DNA from: Thermoanaerobaculaceae bacterium
GTDB lineage: Bacteria; Acidobacteriota; Thermoanaerobaculia; Multivoradales; UBA5704
Direction of reading: 5' to 3'
Length of the DNA: 64,000 nt
Assembly (NCBI GenBank): GCA_963717295.1
Contig: OY970330.1
Location: forward strand, 2,117,902 to 2,181,901
The notes beneath the pieces were generated by a model. The model did no database searches, had not been told where the DNA came from, and saw only the letters and a list, made by a program, of their open reading frames with translations. The position numbers were made by a program, and so were the translations under genes. Of this stretch, positions 9,601 to 41,842 are shown piece by piece; position 1 is the first letter of the stretch, and each line of letters starts with the position of its first letter.

Positions 9601-10766
9601 CGGGCTCCCGCTCCGTCGCCCCGAACGCGAGCGAGCTCGCGCAGCAACTGCACGCCGCTCATGTAGCTGTGCTCGAGATCCCGCCAGAGCTGCTCCTGAA
9701 TCTCGCGGAGCGTCTGCCGGAGGGGCGCCGCCAGGTCGACATCGACCGCAAGCAGGTTGAGAGAGGTGAAGTCGCCGACCACCTGATTGACCTCGGGGTG
9801 GAGAGGCAGGCGGTTGAACAGTGTGAGATTCAAGGTGAAGCGTGGGCTCCGGCTCCAGGTGGCGAGCACCGTCGCGTAGATCCCGAGCAACAGGCCGGAG
9901 GGAGTCAGGCCGAGATGAGTGGCCCGCGTCTTGAGGCGCGACCAGCGCCCGGCATCCAGGGTGGCGCGCCGGCGCGCGAAGCGGGGATCGGCGAGCGCGG
10001 CGCCGCCGCTGCGCTCCAGCGGCAACTGAGGCGATGGCGGGAGCTCGGCCAGGCGCGCCCGCCAGTACTCCAGGGAACGCCGGTGAGGCTCGGAGTTACG
10101 GAGCGCCCGCTCGGCGAGCACGTAGTCGCGGAAAGAGAGCTCGAGCGGCGCCATGTCGGCCGCGGGATCCTGATAGAAGACCGCGAGATCGCCCAGCAGC
10201 AGCCGGAAGCTCCAAAGGTCCGCGATCATGATGTCGAAGCTGAAGTGCAAGCGGACCTTGCCGCCGTCGAGCAGCGAGGCCCGGATCTCGAACAGCGGCC
10301 AGCGGTCGGCGGGAAGCACCTGGTGCGACAGCTCTTCCCGCATCGCGGCGAGGTGCGCCGCGGCCTCCCGCGGATCCCGGCCGCGCAGGTCGGTCGCCGG
10401 CACCGTGAACGGCGGCACCTCGGGGAGGATCCGTTGTGACCCGTCCGCCAGGAAAACCGCGCGCAGCATGTCGTGGCGATCGATCAGCCGGCGCCAGGCC
10501 TGCTCGAAGCGGACGATGTCCAACTCCCCGCTTTCGAACTCCATATAGCTGTGGGCCGAGACGTGGCCCAGCTCGATCCCGCTCTGACGTCCGATCCAGT
10601 AGGCCTGCTGGATGTCGGTCAATGGGAACGGCAGATGCCGATCGCCGGGCGCCGGCACGACTTGCGAAAAACGGCCGCCGTCGGACGGCTTCCTGCCCAG
10701 CCGTTGGGTCAGCAATCTCAGCTTCTCGGGAGAGAGCTCCGCGATACGACCTGAGAGGTCAGTCAT
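6675..10766 (-). CDS. NRPS module Cy-A(Cys)-PCP-Ox (thiazole-forming)
   Basis: Cy motifs FPLTDIQQAYWIGR and DIMIADLWSF. The A domain is near-identical to that of 1093..6678 (DLY / SLGGATE Cys code). PCP FDLGATSIEMVRVANLL. C-terminal SagB/McbC-like FMN oxidase (YPSAGGLYPVQTYL...EIGLCPIGA). 4-bp overlaps with both neighbouring genes. Confidence 0.9.
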   Translation of the reverse strand: MTDLSGRIAELSPEKLRLLTQRLGRKPSDGGRFSQVVPAPGDRHLPFPLTDIQQAYWIGRQSGIELGHVSAHSYMEFESGELDIVRFEQAWRRLIDRHDMLRAVFLADGSQRILPEVPPFTVPATDLRGRDPREAAAHLAAMREELSHQVLPADRWPLFEIRASLLDGGKVRLHFSFDIMIADLWSFRLLLGDLAVFYQDPAADMAPLELSFRDYVLAERALRNSEPHRRSLEYWRARLAELPPSPQLPLERSGGAALADPRFARRRATLDAGRWSRLKTRATHLGLTPSGLLLGIYATVLATWSRSPRFTLNLTLFNRLPLHPEVNQVVGDFTSLNLLAVDVDLAAPLRQTLREIQEQLWRDLEHSYMSGVQLLRELARVRGDGAGARMPVVFTSTLGQEGQGATGDIDALTVESVYSISQTPQVWLDHQVMEEGGALGFNWDAVEDLFPVGLLDEMFAAYRGLLERLAQDEGAWEEPPLALAPSRHRELIESVNATSAPLPEGLLHSGFLARAASAPGRPAVISGSRMLSYGELAARSRSLALRLRDLAVRPDELVAVVMEKGWEQVVGVLGVLESGGAYLPIEAGVPGERLRQLLSLGGVRVAVTQPSLAAVLDWPSGIERVLVEDGPEPAGAPLAAAQSPSDLAYVIFTSGSTGEPKGVMIEHRAALNTVADVNRRFGLGAEDRVLALSSLSFDLSVYDLFGVLSAGGAVVMPEPWAAREPGRWHELMLEHGVTVWDSVPALFEVLVDWAESRSSALAPSLRLALLSGDWLPLSLPDRARRLGAVEVVSLGGATEGSIWSILYPIGTVLPQWRSIPYGRAMSNQRMYVLNEALSLCPAWVPGDLYIGGAGVARGYWGAEERTAASFLVHPRTGERLYRTGDLGCFLPDGTIEFLGREDFQVKVQGYRIELGEIESVLSRHVAVRSCVVVAVGEAQGSKRLVAYVVGEPGVEESEESLRAYLAGKLPAYMVPSSYVFLESLPLSATGKVDRRALPPPLVQRHEAVPGAQPGGSNLAERVYAVIGSVLKTELLDPDVLLFDLGATSIEMVRVANLLEIEFGSRPTIDELFRLSTPRSVVGYYEARLAAPPPAPVSAPVDPVESAWTRFGLLLDPAERAAFKERDLGLRADASGTRSLDLAVPGDGQGALAALLATRRSYRRFSPEPIPRQDLASLLGVLRRIAEPDGERRLYPSAGGLYPVQTYLYAKAGRVEGLEGGVYYHHPAAHRLVALAPGAEIDPGIYVEFINRPIYDEAAFALFLIAEAQAVAPMYGRAGRDFSLLEAGYMGQLLMLAAPACEIGLCPIGAVDFARVRHHFALADTHVPLHSLLGGRIGASAAWEPFQEEPAGSAGEGPREDIEL

Positions 10767-13700
10767 AGGGCTCCGTTTCCTTCGGCATAGGCCGGGTCCT
10801 CGAGCTCCGCCAGCACCTCGAGAAGCTCCGCATTGTCGACCTGGTCGGTGATCAGATGGACGATCAGCTTCGCCAGCTCCGCGATCGTCGCGCCGACGAA
10901 GAGGCGGCTGAGCGGCACCTCGATCTGCAGCGTCTCGCGCAACCGCGAGGCCAGGTCGATCGCCAGCAGCGAATGCCCGCCGAGCTCGAAGAAGTTGTCA
11001 TGGACTCCGATCTGCTCGATGCCCAGCATCTCTTCCCAAAGGCCGGCCAGCATCTGCTCGAGCTCGCTCGACGGCGCTCGATAGGAGACCCCGACGTTGG
11101 GGCGCGGATGCCGGGTTCCTGGCGCGGCGGCTCCGGTGCGCCGGCCGGCCTCGCCGGCGCTCGCCGGCGGCCGCGCCTGCTCGCGGATCAGGGTCTCGAG
11201 GTCGACGCCCGAGACGACGATCTGCGGCCCGGCACCGCTGGCCAGGGCGCGCGCGAAGGCCTCGATCCCCTCGGCCGGCCGGATGGCGCGGCCGGTCACC
11301 GGCCCTTCGGCGGCCGGCCGGTCCGTTGCGGCGGCGGCGCGCGGCGGCGTGGCGACGTCGACCTTGCGAGCGGTGAACTCCTCGACTTCGACCAGCACCT
11401 CTCCGCTCTCGGTCAGCAGGGCGATCTCGAGCACCGCCGTATCCCCGGCCGAGAGGGCTGCGTCGACGCGAAAGTGCGCCAGCAGGCGCCGCGTGAGCGG
11501 CGCGTGCTGCCGCAGCCGCCCGTAGGAGAGCGGCAGGTAGCCCGCACGGCCGGTGAGCAGCAGACCGCACGCCGTAGCGACGTCGAGCAGCGCCGGATGC
11601 AGCCCGAAGACAGCGAGATCGCCGGCGAATGCCGGCGGCAGCTCGAGGACCGCCAATCCCTCGCCGTCGCCGACGCAGCCCTCGCGCAGCACGTCCCAGC
11701 GCGGCCCCCAGAGAGTCAGCTTCCCGCCCGCCCGCCGCTCCACCGGCAAGTCGACCACCGCGCAGCGCGCGCGAATTGCCGCCGGCTCCCGGCGCGCCGG
11801 CGCCGGACCGTCGAAGGGGAGGGCGCGGCCGGTGGCGTGAAGCCGCCAGCCTTCCCCCTTTCCATCGCGGCTGGTAATCCTGAAGGTCAGCTCCCCCGCG
11901 TGCTCGGCGAGCGCCGTGCGCACCTCCGCCTCCTCCCCCTCATCGACCGCCAGGGGGGAGAGAAAGACCGCCTCCCGCAGCTCGACGCCGGTCCCGGGCC
12001 GCTGCGCGGCTACGGCGGCCCGCGCCATTTCGAGGAGCGCCGTGCCGGGGAGGACGGGACGGCCCATCAGCCGGTGCTCGGCGAGCACCCAGTGGCGAGC
12101 TGGGGAGAGACGGAGAGCCGTCTCCATGCCGCCCCCCTCGCCGAGCAGCGGGCTCGACTCGAGGGAGGGCGCCCCCGGACGCTCCGGGCGCGCGCCGAGC
12201 GACATGCCGGTACCCTCCCAGCCATACCAGTCGAGCGCGAGAACGCTCGGCCCGCCGCGGGCCGAGCGCCAATGGGCGAAGGCGTCCAGGAAGGCATTGG
12301 CGGCGACATAGTCGACGCGCCCCAGGCCGCCGGTGATCCCGAAGGTCGACGAGAACAGGGCGAAGAAGTCGAGCGACTCACCGGCGAGCAAGGCATCGAG
12401 CACCAGAACGCCCTTGACCTTGGGGTCCAGCACAGGGCTCATCCTCTCCGCGGTCTGGCGCAGGAGCAGGCCGCCTCCCGCCGCGCCCGCGGCATGAAGA
12501 ACGCCGTGGAGGGGACCGAATCGCCGCCTGGCCTCGGTCAGGACGGCGCCCAGGGCCGCCTCGTCCGTGACGTCGGCGCTCGCCACCATGACCTCGGCGC
12601 CGGCGGCCTCGAGCTCGAGGAGCTGCCGCACCTGCTCGCCCAACGGGCCTGGGTCGTCCTGCCAGAGAGGCCAATCCCCGCGGGGCGGGAAAGCGGAACG
12701 GCCGACTAGGACCAGCCGCGCCGCGAGCTCACGCGCGAGGTATCCCGCGAAGATGAGGCCGAGCCCACCCATACCGCCCGTGATCAGGTAGGTCCCACGT
12801 TGCCGGAACGGCGGCCGCTCCGCGGCGGGGAGAGGCGCGGGCTCGAACGTCTGCACCCAACGATGGGGCCCGCGCAGGGCCACCGGCGCCCCGGGGTCGA
12901 GAGCCGAGAGCTCGGCAAGCAGCCGCGCGGCACCGGCCTCCTCCCCTCTGCCCGGTGCGGGCGAAACCACGTCGATCACCCGGCAAGCCAGCCCAGGCAG
13001 CTCCTGCGGTATGACCTTGGCGGGACCGAGCACCAGCGCCGCGGCCGGCGAGAGGGGCTCGCTCCCGTCCACGTCGAACAGTCCGCTCACCACCACGCTG
13101 AGCGCCACCCGCGCCTCCCCGCTCCGCCCCGCCAGGGCTTGGGCGAGATGCAGGAGACTGTAGAAACCGAGCGTCTCGAGCTCTTCGACAGCCTCCCGAT
13201 CGGCCCTCCCCGCCGCCTTGGCACCCGTCGCCCAGAGGTGGACGATGCGAACCAGCGCCCCACCCGCCAGCGGGAGCTCGCCGAGCAGCGCCTGGTAATC
13301 CTCCAGCCGGCGCGGGGAAAGCTCATAGGCGCCCTCGCCACGGCGGGCGAAGGCCACGCCGGGAGCCACGGTCACCACCGCCTCGCCGCGTTTTGCGAGC
13401 TCGTTGGCGAGATCACCGCCGAGACCGCCGCCGGACACGAAGAGCAGCCAGAGGCCACCCCCACCGGTGGCCAGTGCCGGCGCCGGCCGCGGCAGCCGCT
13501 TCCATGACGGGACATAGAACCAATCCGCCAGATCGGATTTGCGGCCGGCCGGGGCGGGAGCATTCGCCGGCGCGGCGGCGGCCTTTCTCTCCACCCAAAA
13601 GCGGCGGCGCTCGAAAGCGTAGGTTGGCAGCGGCACCCGGCGTCGCGACACCGGCCCTTGGAAGGCCTTCCACTCGGGCTCTACGCCGTTGGTCCAGAGC

Positions 13701-16253
13701 CGTCCGAGGGCGTTGAGCAGGGCCCGCTGCTCTTCTCCGGGCTCCCGGCTCTCGGGGAGCGAGGCCACCACCGGCCAGGCGGTGGGCACGGCGGGGTGGT
13801 TGCGCGCCAGGGTGAGCAGGGTACGCCCCGGACCGACCTCGAGCAGCGCCGCGTGCTCGAGTGTCGCGAGTGTCGCGAGGCCGGCCGAGAAGCGGACAGG
13901 GTGGCGCAGGTGGCTGACCCAATAGGCGGGGTCGGTGGCTTCCTCGGGCCGGATCCAGGCGCCGGTGAGGTTCGACACCCAGGGCAGCTGCGGGGACCGC
14001 AGGCGGATGCGGGCGAGCTCCTGGCGGAACGGCTCGAGGATCGGCTCCATCATCGCGGAGTGGAAAGCGTGCGAGGTGCGCAGACGCCGGCACCGGACCC
14101 CCCGTCCGGAAAGCGTCGCGGCGAGCTCCTCGAGGGCGTCGACGGGGCCGGAAACCGTCGACAGCAAAGGCGCGTTCTCGGCGGCCAGAGAGAGCCGGCC
14201 GCCGAGCAGCGCAGCCACCTCGGCGGCGGGGAGCGGTACGCTCAGCATGCCGCCCGGAGGCAACCGCTGCATGAGGCGTCCGCGCGCCGCGACCAGCGCC
14301 AGCGCATCCTCCAGCGAGAGCGTGCCGCCCAGGCAGGCCGCCACGTACTCGCCCACGCTGTGCCCGAGCATCGCCCGGGGCCGCACCCCCCAGGCGATCC
14401 ACTGCTCCGCGAGCGCGTACTCGACGGCGAACAGGGCGGGCTGCGCGAGCTCGGTCTCCTCGAGACGGGCGGCGGCGTCCGCGGCGTTCGACCCGTCAGA
14501 CCCCGCGCCGGGCTTCAGAAGCCGCCGCAGGTCGAACCCCAGCGATGGAGTGAGGATCTCGGAGCAGCGGTCGAAAGCCGCGCGGAAGACGGCCTCGCCA
14601 GGATAGAGGCCGCTCCCCATCTCCAGGTACTGCGCCCCCTGGCCGGGGAAGAGGAAAACGACCGGCGTGCCGGCCTCGCCGCCGATGCCTTCGATCACCC
14701 GCTTCGGATCGAGCGCGGTGAGCGCCGCCGTCGCCTCGGCGCCGCTCGCGCAAACCACCGCTCGGCGGTGCGCGAAGGCGGAGCGCCCCACCTGCAAGGT
14801 CCAGGCGACGTCGGCCAGAGCGAGCTCTGGGAGGGCGCGCAGATGCTCGGCCAGCCGATCGCTGTTGGCGGCGAGGGCACCGGCGGTCTTGCCCGAGGTC
14901 ACGAGGAGCTGCAGCGGCCGGACGGCCGGGGCGGTGGGCGCGGCGGACGGCGCCTCCTCGAGGACGACATGGGCGTTGGTTCCGCCGATCCCGAAGGAGC
15001 TGACACCGGCGCGCCGCACTCCCTTCCCGGCCGGCCACGGCCGCAGCCCGGCGTTGACGAAGAATGGGCTGGCATCGAAGTCGATCTCGGGGTTCGGGCG
15101 CTCGAAGTGGAGGCTCGGCGGCAGCCAGCCGTGCCGCAGCGCGAGCACGGTCTTGATGAGGCCGGCGATACCGGCCGCGGCGTCCAGGTGCCCGATACCG
15201 GTCTTGACCGATCCCAGGGCGCAGAAACCGCGCTTCTCCGTGCTCGCCCGGAAGACGTGGGTGAGCGCGCTCACCTCGATCGGGTCGCCGAGCGGTGTGC
15301 CGGTGCCGTGCGCCTCGATGTAGCTGATCGACTCGGGGTCGACCTCGGCCATGTCGAGCGCCTCGGTGAGGACGGCGATCTGGCCGGCGGAGCCGGGTGC
15401 CGTGTAGCCCGCCTTCAAGGAGCCGTCGTTATTGACCGCCGAGCCGCGAAGGACGGCGAGAATCGTGTCGTTGTCGGCCAGCGCTTCGTCCAGACGCTTC
15501 AGGACGACGAGACCCAGGCCGCTGCCGAAGACGGTTCCGCCGGCGCGGCTGTCGAAAGCACGGCAGTGCCCGTCGGGCGACAGGATTCCGCCCGGCTCAT
15601 ACAGATAGCCGCCGCGTCCCGGCGGCTTGACGGAGGCGCCCCCCGCCAAGGCGAGGTCGCACTGGAAGTCGAGCAGCGCCTGGGAGGCCAGGTGAACGGC
15701 GACCAGCGAGGTCGAGCAGGCCGTCTGGACTCCGATGCTCGGCCCCTTCAAGCCCAGCTTGTAGGAGATCCGCGTGCTCAAGTAGTCCTTGTCGGCGGCG
15801 ACCGTGAGCTGCAGCGACGACACCGATCGCACGAGATCCGGGTCCGACAGGATGTTCCGCAGCAGGTAGTGATTGATGCCGCAGCCGGCATAGACACCGA
15901 TCGAGCCCGGGAAGCGCGAGGACACGTAGCCGGCGTTCTCGAGCGCCTCCCAGGCGCACTCGAGGAGGAGACGGTGCTGGGGGTCGGTCAGCTCCGCCTC
16001 ACGCGGGTTGATGTCGAAGAACTCGGCGTCGAACAGCTCGACGCCGTCGATCCGTGACTCTGCCCGCACGAAATGGGGGTCACGCAGCCGGTCGGGCTCG
16101 ACCCCTGCCTGGGCCGCCTCGTCCTCCGACAGGAACGTGATCGCTTCGACCCCGTCCTTGAGGTTCTGCCAGAACTGGTCGAGCGTCGGCGCCCCGGGGA
16201 AACGCCCCGACATGCCGATCACCGCCACGGCGGGCGCGGAGCGGGGGGCCGTC

Positions 16254-16267
<14 letters not shown>
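10763..16267 (-). CDS. Type I PKS module KS-AT(malonyl)-KR-DH-ACP
   Basis: KS motifs GVQTACSTSLVAVHLA, EAHGTGT, GSVKTGIGHLD. AT GHSVGEY plus HAFHS (malonyl signature). KR Rossmann GTYLITGGMGGLGL with YVAANAFLD. Hotdog DH motif HRLMGRPVLPG located after the KR. ACP LGGHSLLAIDL. Confidence 0.9.
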
Positions 16268-38222
<21,955 letters not shown>

Positions 38223-38302
38223 GGAATATTCCTGTAATGCGATCCATAAATTTCACAGATCGCCTTAAAACTGCTTCGCTTAATCCTCACCGATCTTGGG
38301 AG

Positions 38303-38332
38303 AGTATATCTTTTAGTTTGACGAGCTGTCAA
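38303..38332 (-). promoter_or_regulatory. Near-consensus sigma70-type promoter for the megasynthetase operon
   Basis: Minus strand reads TTGACA-18 nt-TATACT, about 75 nt upstream of the TTG start. It sits in a ~190-bp AT-rich block (38223..38413) in a ~70% GC context. The -35 lies inside the palindrome TTGACgagctGTCAA. Confidence 0.4.
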
Positions 38333-38413
38333 TTCTCCGTGCCGTCAGTTAATTAATTGATCTTTGCTTTATTGCGCGCAATATATAAATAGAAACATTA
38401 TGGCCCTGACCCA

Positions 38414-38450
38414 CTGATTCGTAATCAGCAGGTCATCGGTTCAAATCCGA
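38414..38450 (+). repeat. 37-nt direct repeat of the 3' half (anticodon stem to T-arm) of the downstream tRNA-Thr; att-like remnant
   Basis: CTGATTCGTAATCAGCAGGTCATCGGTTCAAATCCGA matches tRNA positions 28-64 with one mismatch. No D-arm or acceptor stem is present. Confidence 0.5.
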
Positions 38451-38683
38451 AAGTCCCCGCCGAACCGGTCCTTCTCCTTGCCGCTCGGCAAGCGGCCGGG
38501 AACCCGAAACGCTGGGGCCGTCTGGCCGGCATTCTCCGCTCGCGGCCCACCAACGCTTCCCTCTGGAGGAGCTCAAGAGGAGCGGTCGCCGTCCTGCCGA
38601 GGCACCCGCCGCGGGGCCTCTGATCCGCCATCCCGCGAGCGAGCCCGGACGGTGGCGGTCCTGAGGCAGGCAGGCATCGCAGG

Positions 38684-38712
38684 TTGCCTTGCGGAGTCCG
38701 TTGCCCTACAAT
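38684..38712 (+). promoter_or_regulatory. Putative sigma70 promoter of tRNA-Thr
   Basis: TTGCCT-17 nt-TACAAT, about 40 nt upstream of the mature tRNA 5' end. Confidence 0.35.
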
Positions 38713-38751
38713 ACGCCTCCGCTTGCGTAGACCAGCCTGGGTCTCCGTTCA

Positions 38752-38826
38752 GCCGACGTAGCTCAGGGGTAGAGCAGCTGATTCGTAATCAGCAGGTCGT
38801 CGGTTCAAATCCGACCGTCGGCTCCA
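38752..38826 (+). tRNA. tRNA-Thr (anticodon CGU), CCA encoded
   Basis: Manual cloverleaf: acceptor GCCGACG/CGTCGGC, D-arm GCTC-AGGGGTA-GAGC, anticodon arm GCTGA-TTCGTAA-TCAGC (anticodon CGT), T-arm GTCGG-TTCAAAT-CCGAC, discriminator T plus CCA. 75 nt. Confidence 0.85.
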
Positions 38827-38889
38827 TTCGTAACTACGTGCAAAATAAGCACTTCCGCCGCGGCACCCACCGGCGGCCGGGGATATCGA

Positions 38890-39796
38890 TCACCGGTCCA
38901 GTGGCGGCAGGGATCGCCGGTATTGTGGCGCCCCGTCAATCGCACGCAGGCGCCGCTCCACCTCCCGCGAGTACTCGGCACGCCACGCGCGAAACATGCA
39001 GCTTCGCGTAATGCCGGGCACCGCGATCGCCAGCAACGCTTCGGGCACCTGCACGCCTTTCCGCAATGCGGCGAGGGCGTGGAGTTGGGCCCAAAAGCCG
39101 GCGGCGAGGCCGAGCGCCGCCGCGAACAGCAACGGCCTGACGTAGATCTCCGGCAAACGTCCCGCCTGCGCGTCGGCCTTCGCGCGCAGAGTGCCTTCTT
39201 CCATGCCGCGCCGGTGCCCGTCACGCTCCCCGGCCTCCTGGCCCTCTGCTTCGCCGGCAACGCGTCCGGCGGCTGCCCCCTCCTCCCGGCAGCGCGCCGC
39301 GCCGCCGTCGCCGCACGCGGTGGCCGCGAGGCACGCGCACAATAGGAGCGCCACCCCCATCAGCGAGCCGGCCTGCGCCCGTGGCAGCGCGAAGCGCGGA
39401 CGCGCGAGGCCAAGGAGCTGCCTGTCCAGCGAGTCGGCGTGCGCGGGCATCCGGCGGACCAAGTCAAACGCGAGAAACTGCACCGCGAAACCGAGGACCA
39501 TGCCCGCGGCAAAGGCCAGGGTGAACCAGCTCGGATCGTAGGAGTATGCGCGGCTGGCGACGAGGCGCTTGCGTTGTGCCTCATATGCGGCGGGCTCGCT
39601 GCCGGCATGCGCGACCGCGAATGCCGGTGCGTAGGCGCGCTCGAAGGCCTCTTGGTACGCCGCGTGGAAGGCCGGTCCGTATGCGCCCTGACATTTGCTT
39701 TCGGTATCGATGCAGCCGCCGGCCGCCAGAGCGGCGGCCAGGAGCGGGAGCATCGTGAGCCAGCGTGCGAGTGTGGTCGTCGAGATGCCGCGCATG
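38890..39796 (-). CDS. Hypothetical lipoprotein / membrane-associated protein
   Basis: Internal start MRGISTTTLARWLTMLPLLAAALAAGGC (lipobox-like AAGGC) preceded by a GGAG RBS. The ORF-track start at 39906 is probably an N-terminal over-extension. Confidence 0.5.
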
Positions 39797-39806
39797 GTAA
39801 GGCTCC

Positions 39807-40391
39807 TTATTTCTTCAGCCGCTGGAGGCCAATGAGTTGCGCTGGCACGATGCGCGTGCCGGGCGCCGAGCGCTCCAGCCCCCCGCCGGGGAGCGTGCGC
39901 ATCCACCGGCGCAGAGGCGGCACCGGTGTCGGCGGCGAGAACGCGCCCTTCGGCACGATCAGTGTGGCTTTGAAATCTGACTTCTTCGGCAGTGACAGCA
40001 TGCGCCGCGCTTCTCTGGCTGAGTCCGGCACGTGGTTGGTGACATAGATCGAGCGCGACGTATCGCGCTTCATGAGCACTTTTTGCGTGCGGATCGACTG
40101 CGCTTCTTCTCTGCGCATCGCCCGCTCCACCGTCTCGGTCATCGGGCCGCCATGGCCCATATGGAAGTCATCGCGGAGCCAGCGCCGGCCGGTAACATAG
40201 TGACTCGTCGACCTGGGCCCGGCCTCCGCGGCAAGGCGGCCTTCGCCGGCTGCGGCGTGGGAGACGATCCGCCGGACGCCGGCGGACAAGTCCGAGAGGA
40301 AATTGGAAAGTCCCATCGCATGAGACTCGCGGGGCGTCAGCAAGATCGACACCGTCGCGAGCAGAACGAGCAAGAGTCCACGTGCGGTCAT
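39807..40391 (-). CDS. Secreted hypothetical protein
   Basis: N-terminal signal peptide MTARGLLLVLLATVSILLTPRESHA. No recognisable domain. Confidence 0.5.
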   Translation of the reverse strand: MTARGLLLVLLATVSILLTPRESHAMGLSNFLSDLSAGVRRIVSHAAAGEGRLAAEAGPRSTSHYVTGRRWLRDDFHMGHGGPMTETVERAMRREEAQSIRTQKVLMKRDTSRSIYVTNHVPDSAREARRMLSLPKKSDFKATLIVPKGAFSPPTPVPPLRRWMRTLPGGGLERSAPGTRIVPAQLIGLQRLKK

Positions 40392-40395
40392 GTTT

Positions 40396-41670
40396 TCACC
40401 TCATTGAGTGAGTGGTTCGACCCAGGGTTGGCGGATGTGTCGGTACCAGCACGCCGACGGCAGCGCCCCATGACGCCGCCTCGATGGCTCGCCCGGTGCG
40501 ATCGACTCCGGACGGGGCATCGTGTGCCGAGAGAAGCGAGGCTTCAACCATTTCAGCCAGCAGTCGCGCTGCCACCCGGCCGCCTCCACGTGCCGGCAGC
40601 AGACGCGCGAACGGAACGTTGAGAATCGGTATAGGCGCCGCCACGAGAGCGCCCAGAATGTCAGCCGTCGCGTGCTGCTGCGCCAGCAGCAGCTGTTGGT
40701 TGCGTTGCGCCACGAGGCAATCCTGCCCGAAAGCGCTGAAGGCGGAGTCGTTCCCGGCGGCGCACAGCACCGCGCGGTCGAGCCCCGTCCCGAGCGTCAG
40801 GCTTCGGAAGATCGAGCGAACGAAGGCTTCGCCGGACCCGCCGGCTGTCGAGGTGAAGAAGGCATCAGAGAAGTACACCGACGAGGTGGCATCGAGAATT
40901 TGGCCGTCGCGCCGGACGCGGAACGCAAACGGAATGCCGGCGCTGCGGGCGTTGACGTGTGCGAGCGTAAGACGGTAGACGTCGGACACGCCGAAGACGG
41001 GTTCGCCGTTCACCCGCAGCAGCACGTCACCGGGCCGCAGGTTTACCGGGCTGCCGAGCGGTGTGGCCGGAATGACCGAGTCGACGTCGACGCCAGGGCC
41101 GAAGGACGTGTTGGCGTCCGAGAACACCGCACCCGTGAGCACCGGCATGGGCCGATCGGCCATCGCCTCGATGAAGGTGAGCCGCCGCGGCAGCGTCGCC
41201 GCGAGAGCGCGCGCCTGTGCCTGCGATTCCTCGAGCGAATCGCCCAGCGGCATCAGCAGCAGCGATGGGTCGTCCGGATCAGGCGCCGCGAATACCAAGC
41301 GCGGCTCGACTCCCGGTTCGAGCGCCGCCGTCTGGCACGAGACCGTCGCTTCACCGATCTGCCGCTCGTGATCACCCGCAAACGGCATTGGCCCCCCGTA
41401 GATCGCCTGTGCGATCGAGCCATCGGCTGAGAGCGCCAGGTGAAACCTGTCGTGGCCGGGGTCGAACTTCCAGTCGAATTGGACCGACTGTCCGGGTTCG
41501 ATTTCGACGACGTGGGGAATGCACGCGTCCTTTGCCGGCAGGCAGAAAGTGACGGTGATCGGGAAGGGCATCACGCTGATGCCGGTGATCGTGACCAGGC
41601 GTCCGGCGGGCCGGAAGAACAGCCACCAGACAACGCCCACGACGATCGCAGCAACCAGGAGCCTTCGCAT
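40396..41670 (-). CDS. Membrane-anchored PDZ-domain protein
   Basis: N-terminal TM segment (LLVAAIVVGVVWWLFF). PDZ-like segment PVNLRPGDVLLRVNGEPVFGVSDVYRL. Forms a co-directional operon with the two genes above (5-bp gap). Confidence 0.6.
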   Translation of the reverse strand: MRRLLVAAIVVGVVWWLFFRPAGRLVTITGISVMPFPITVTFCLPAKDACIPHVVEIEPGQSVQFDWKFDPGHDRFHLALSADGSIAQAIYGGPMPFAGDHERQIGEATVSCQTAALEPGVEPRLVFAAPDPDDPSLLLMPLGDSLEESQAQARALAATLPRRLTFIEAMADRPMPVLTGAVFSDANTSFGPGVDVDSVIPATPLGSPVNLRPGDVLLRVNGEPVFGVSDVYRLTLAHVNARSAGIPFAFRVRRDGQILDATSSVYFSDAFFTSTAGGSGEAFVRSIFRSLTLGTGLDRAVLCAAGNDSAFSAFGQDCLVAQRNQQLLLAQQHATADILGALVAAPIPILNVPFARLLPARGGGRVAARLLAEMVEASLLSAHDAPSGVDRTGRAIEAASWGAAVGVLVPTHPPTLGRTTHSMR

Positions 41671-41842
41671 ATCGAGGCTTATCCTCCATCGGCACGCCGC
41701 GGCGGAGCAAGAGAGGGGGGGCGGCTCCCGGCCTCCCCACGGCCTCGGTTCGCCCCCCCGGATTTGCGTAGTCCGGACCGCTTGCTATCATCCGGCTCGC
41801 CACGCTGGCGGACAGCGATCGGCTACGCGTACGGAGACGACC

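Noticed and set aside
38223-38413. AT-rich block as evidence of horizontally acquired island composition
   Set aside because: The NRPS/PKS genes themselves have the same high GC as the rest of the window. Only the ~190-bp promoter region is AT-rich, so composition alone does not support foreign origin.
38478-39011. 177-aa plus-strand ORF
   Set aside because: It reads straight through the tRNA-Thr gene and its promoter. No support.
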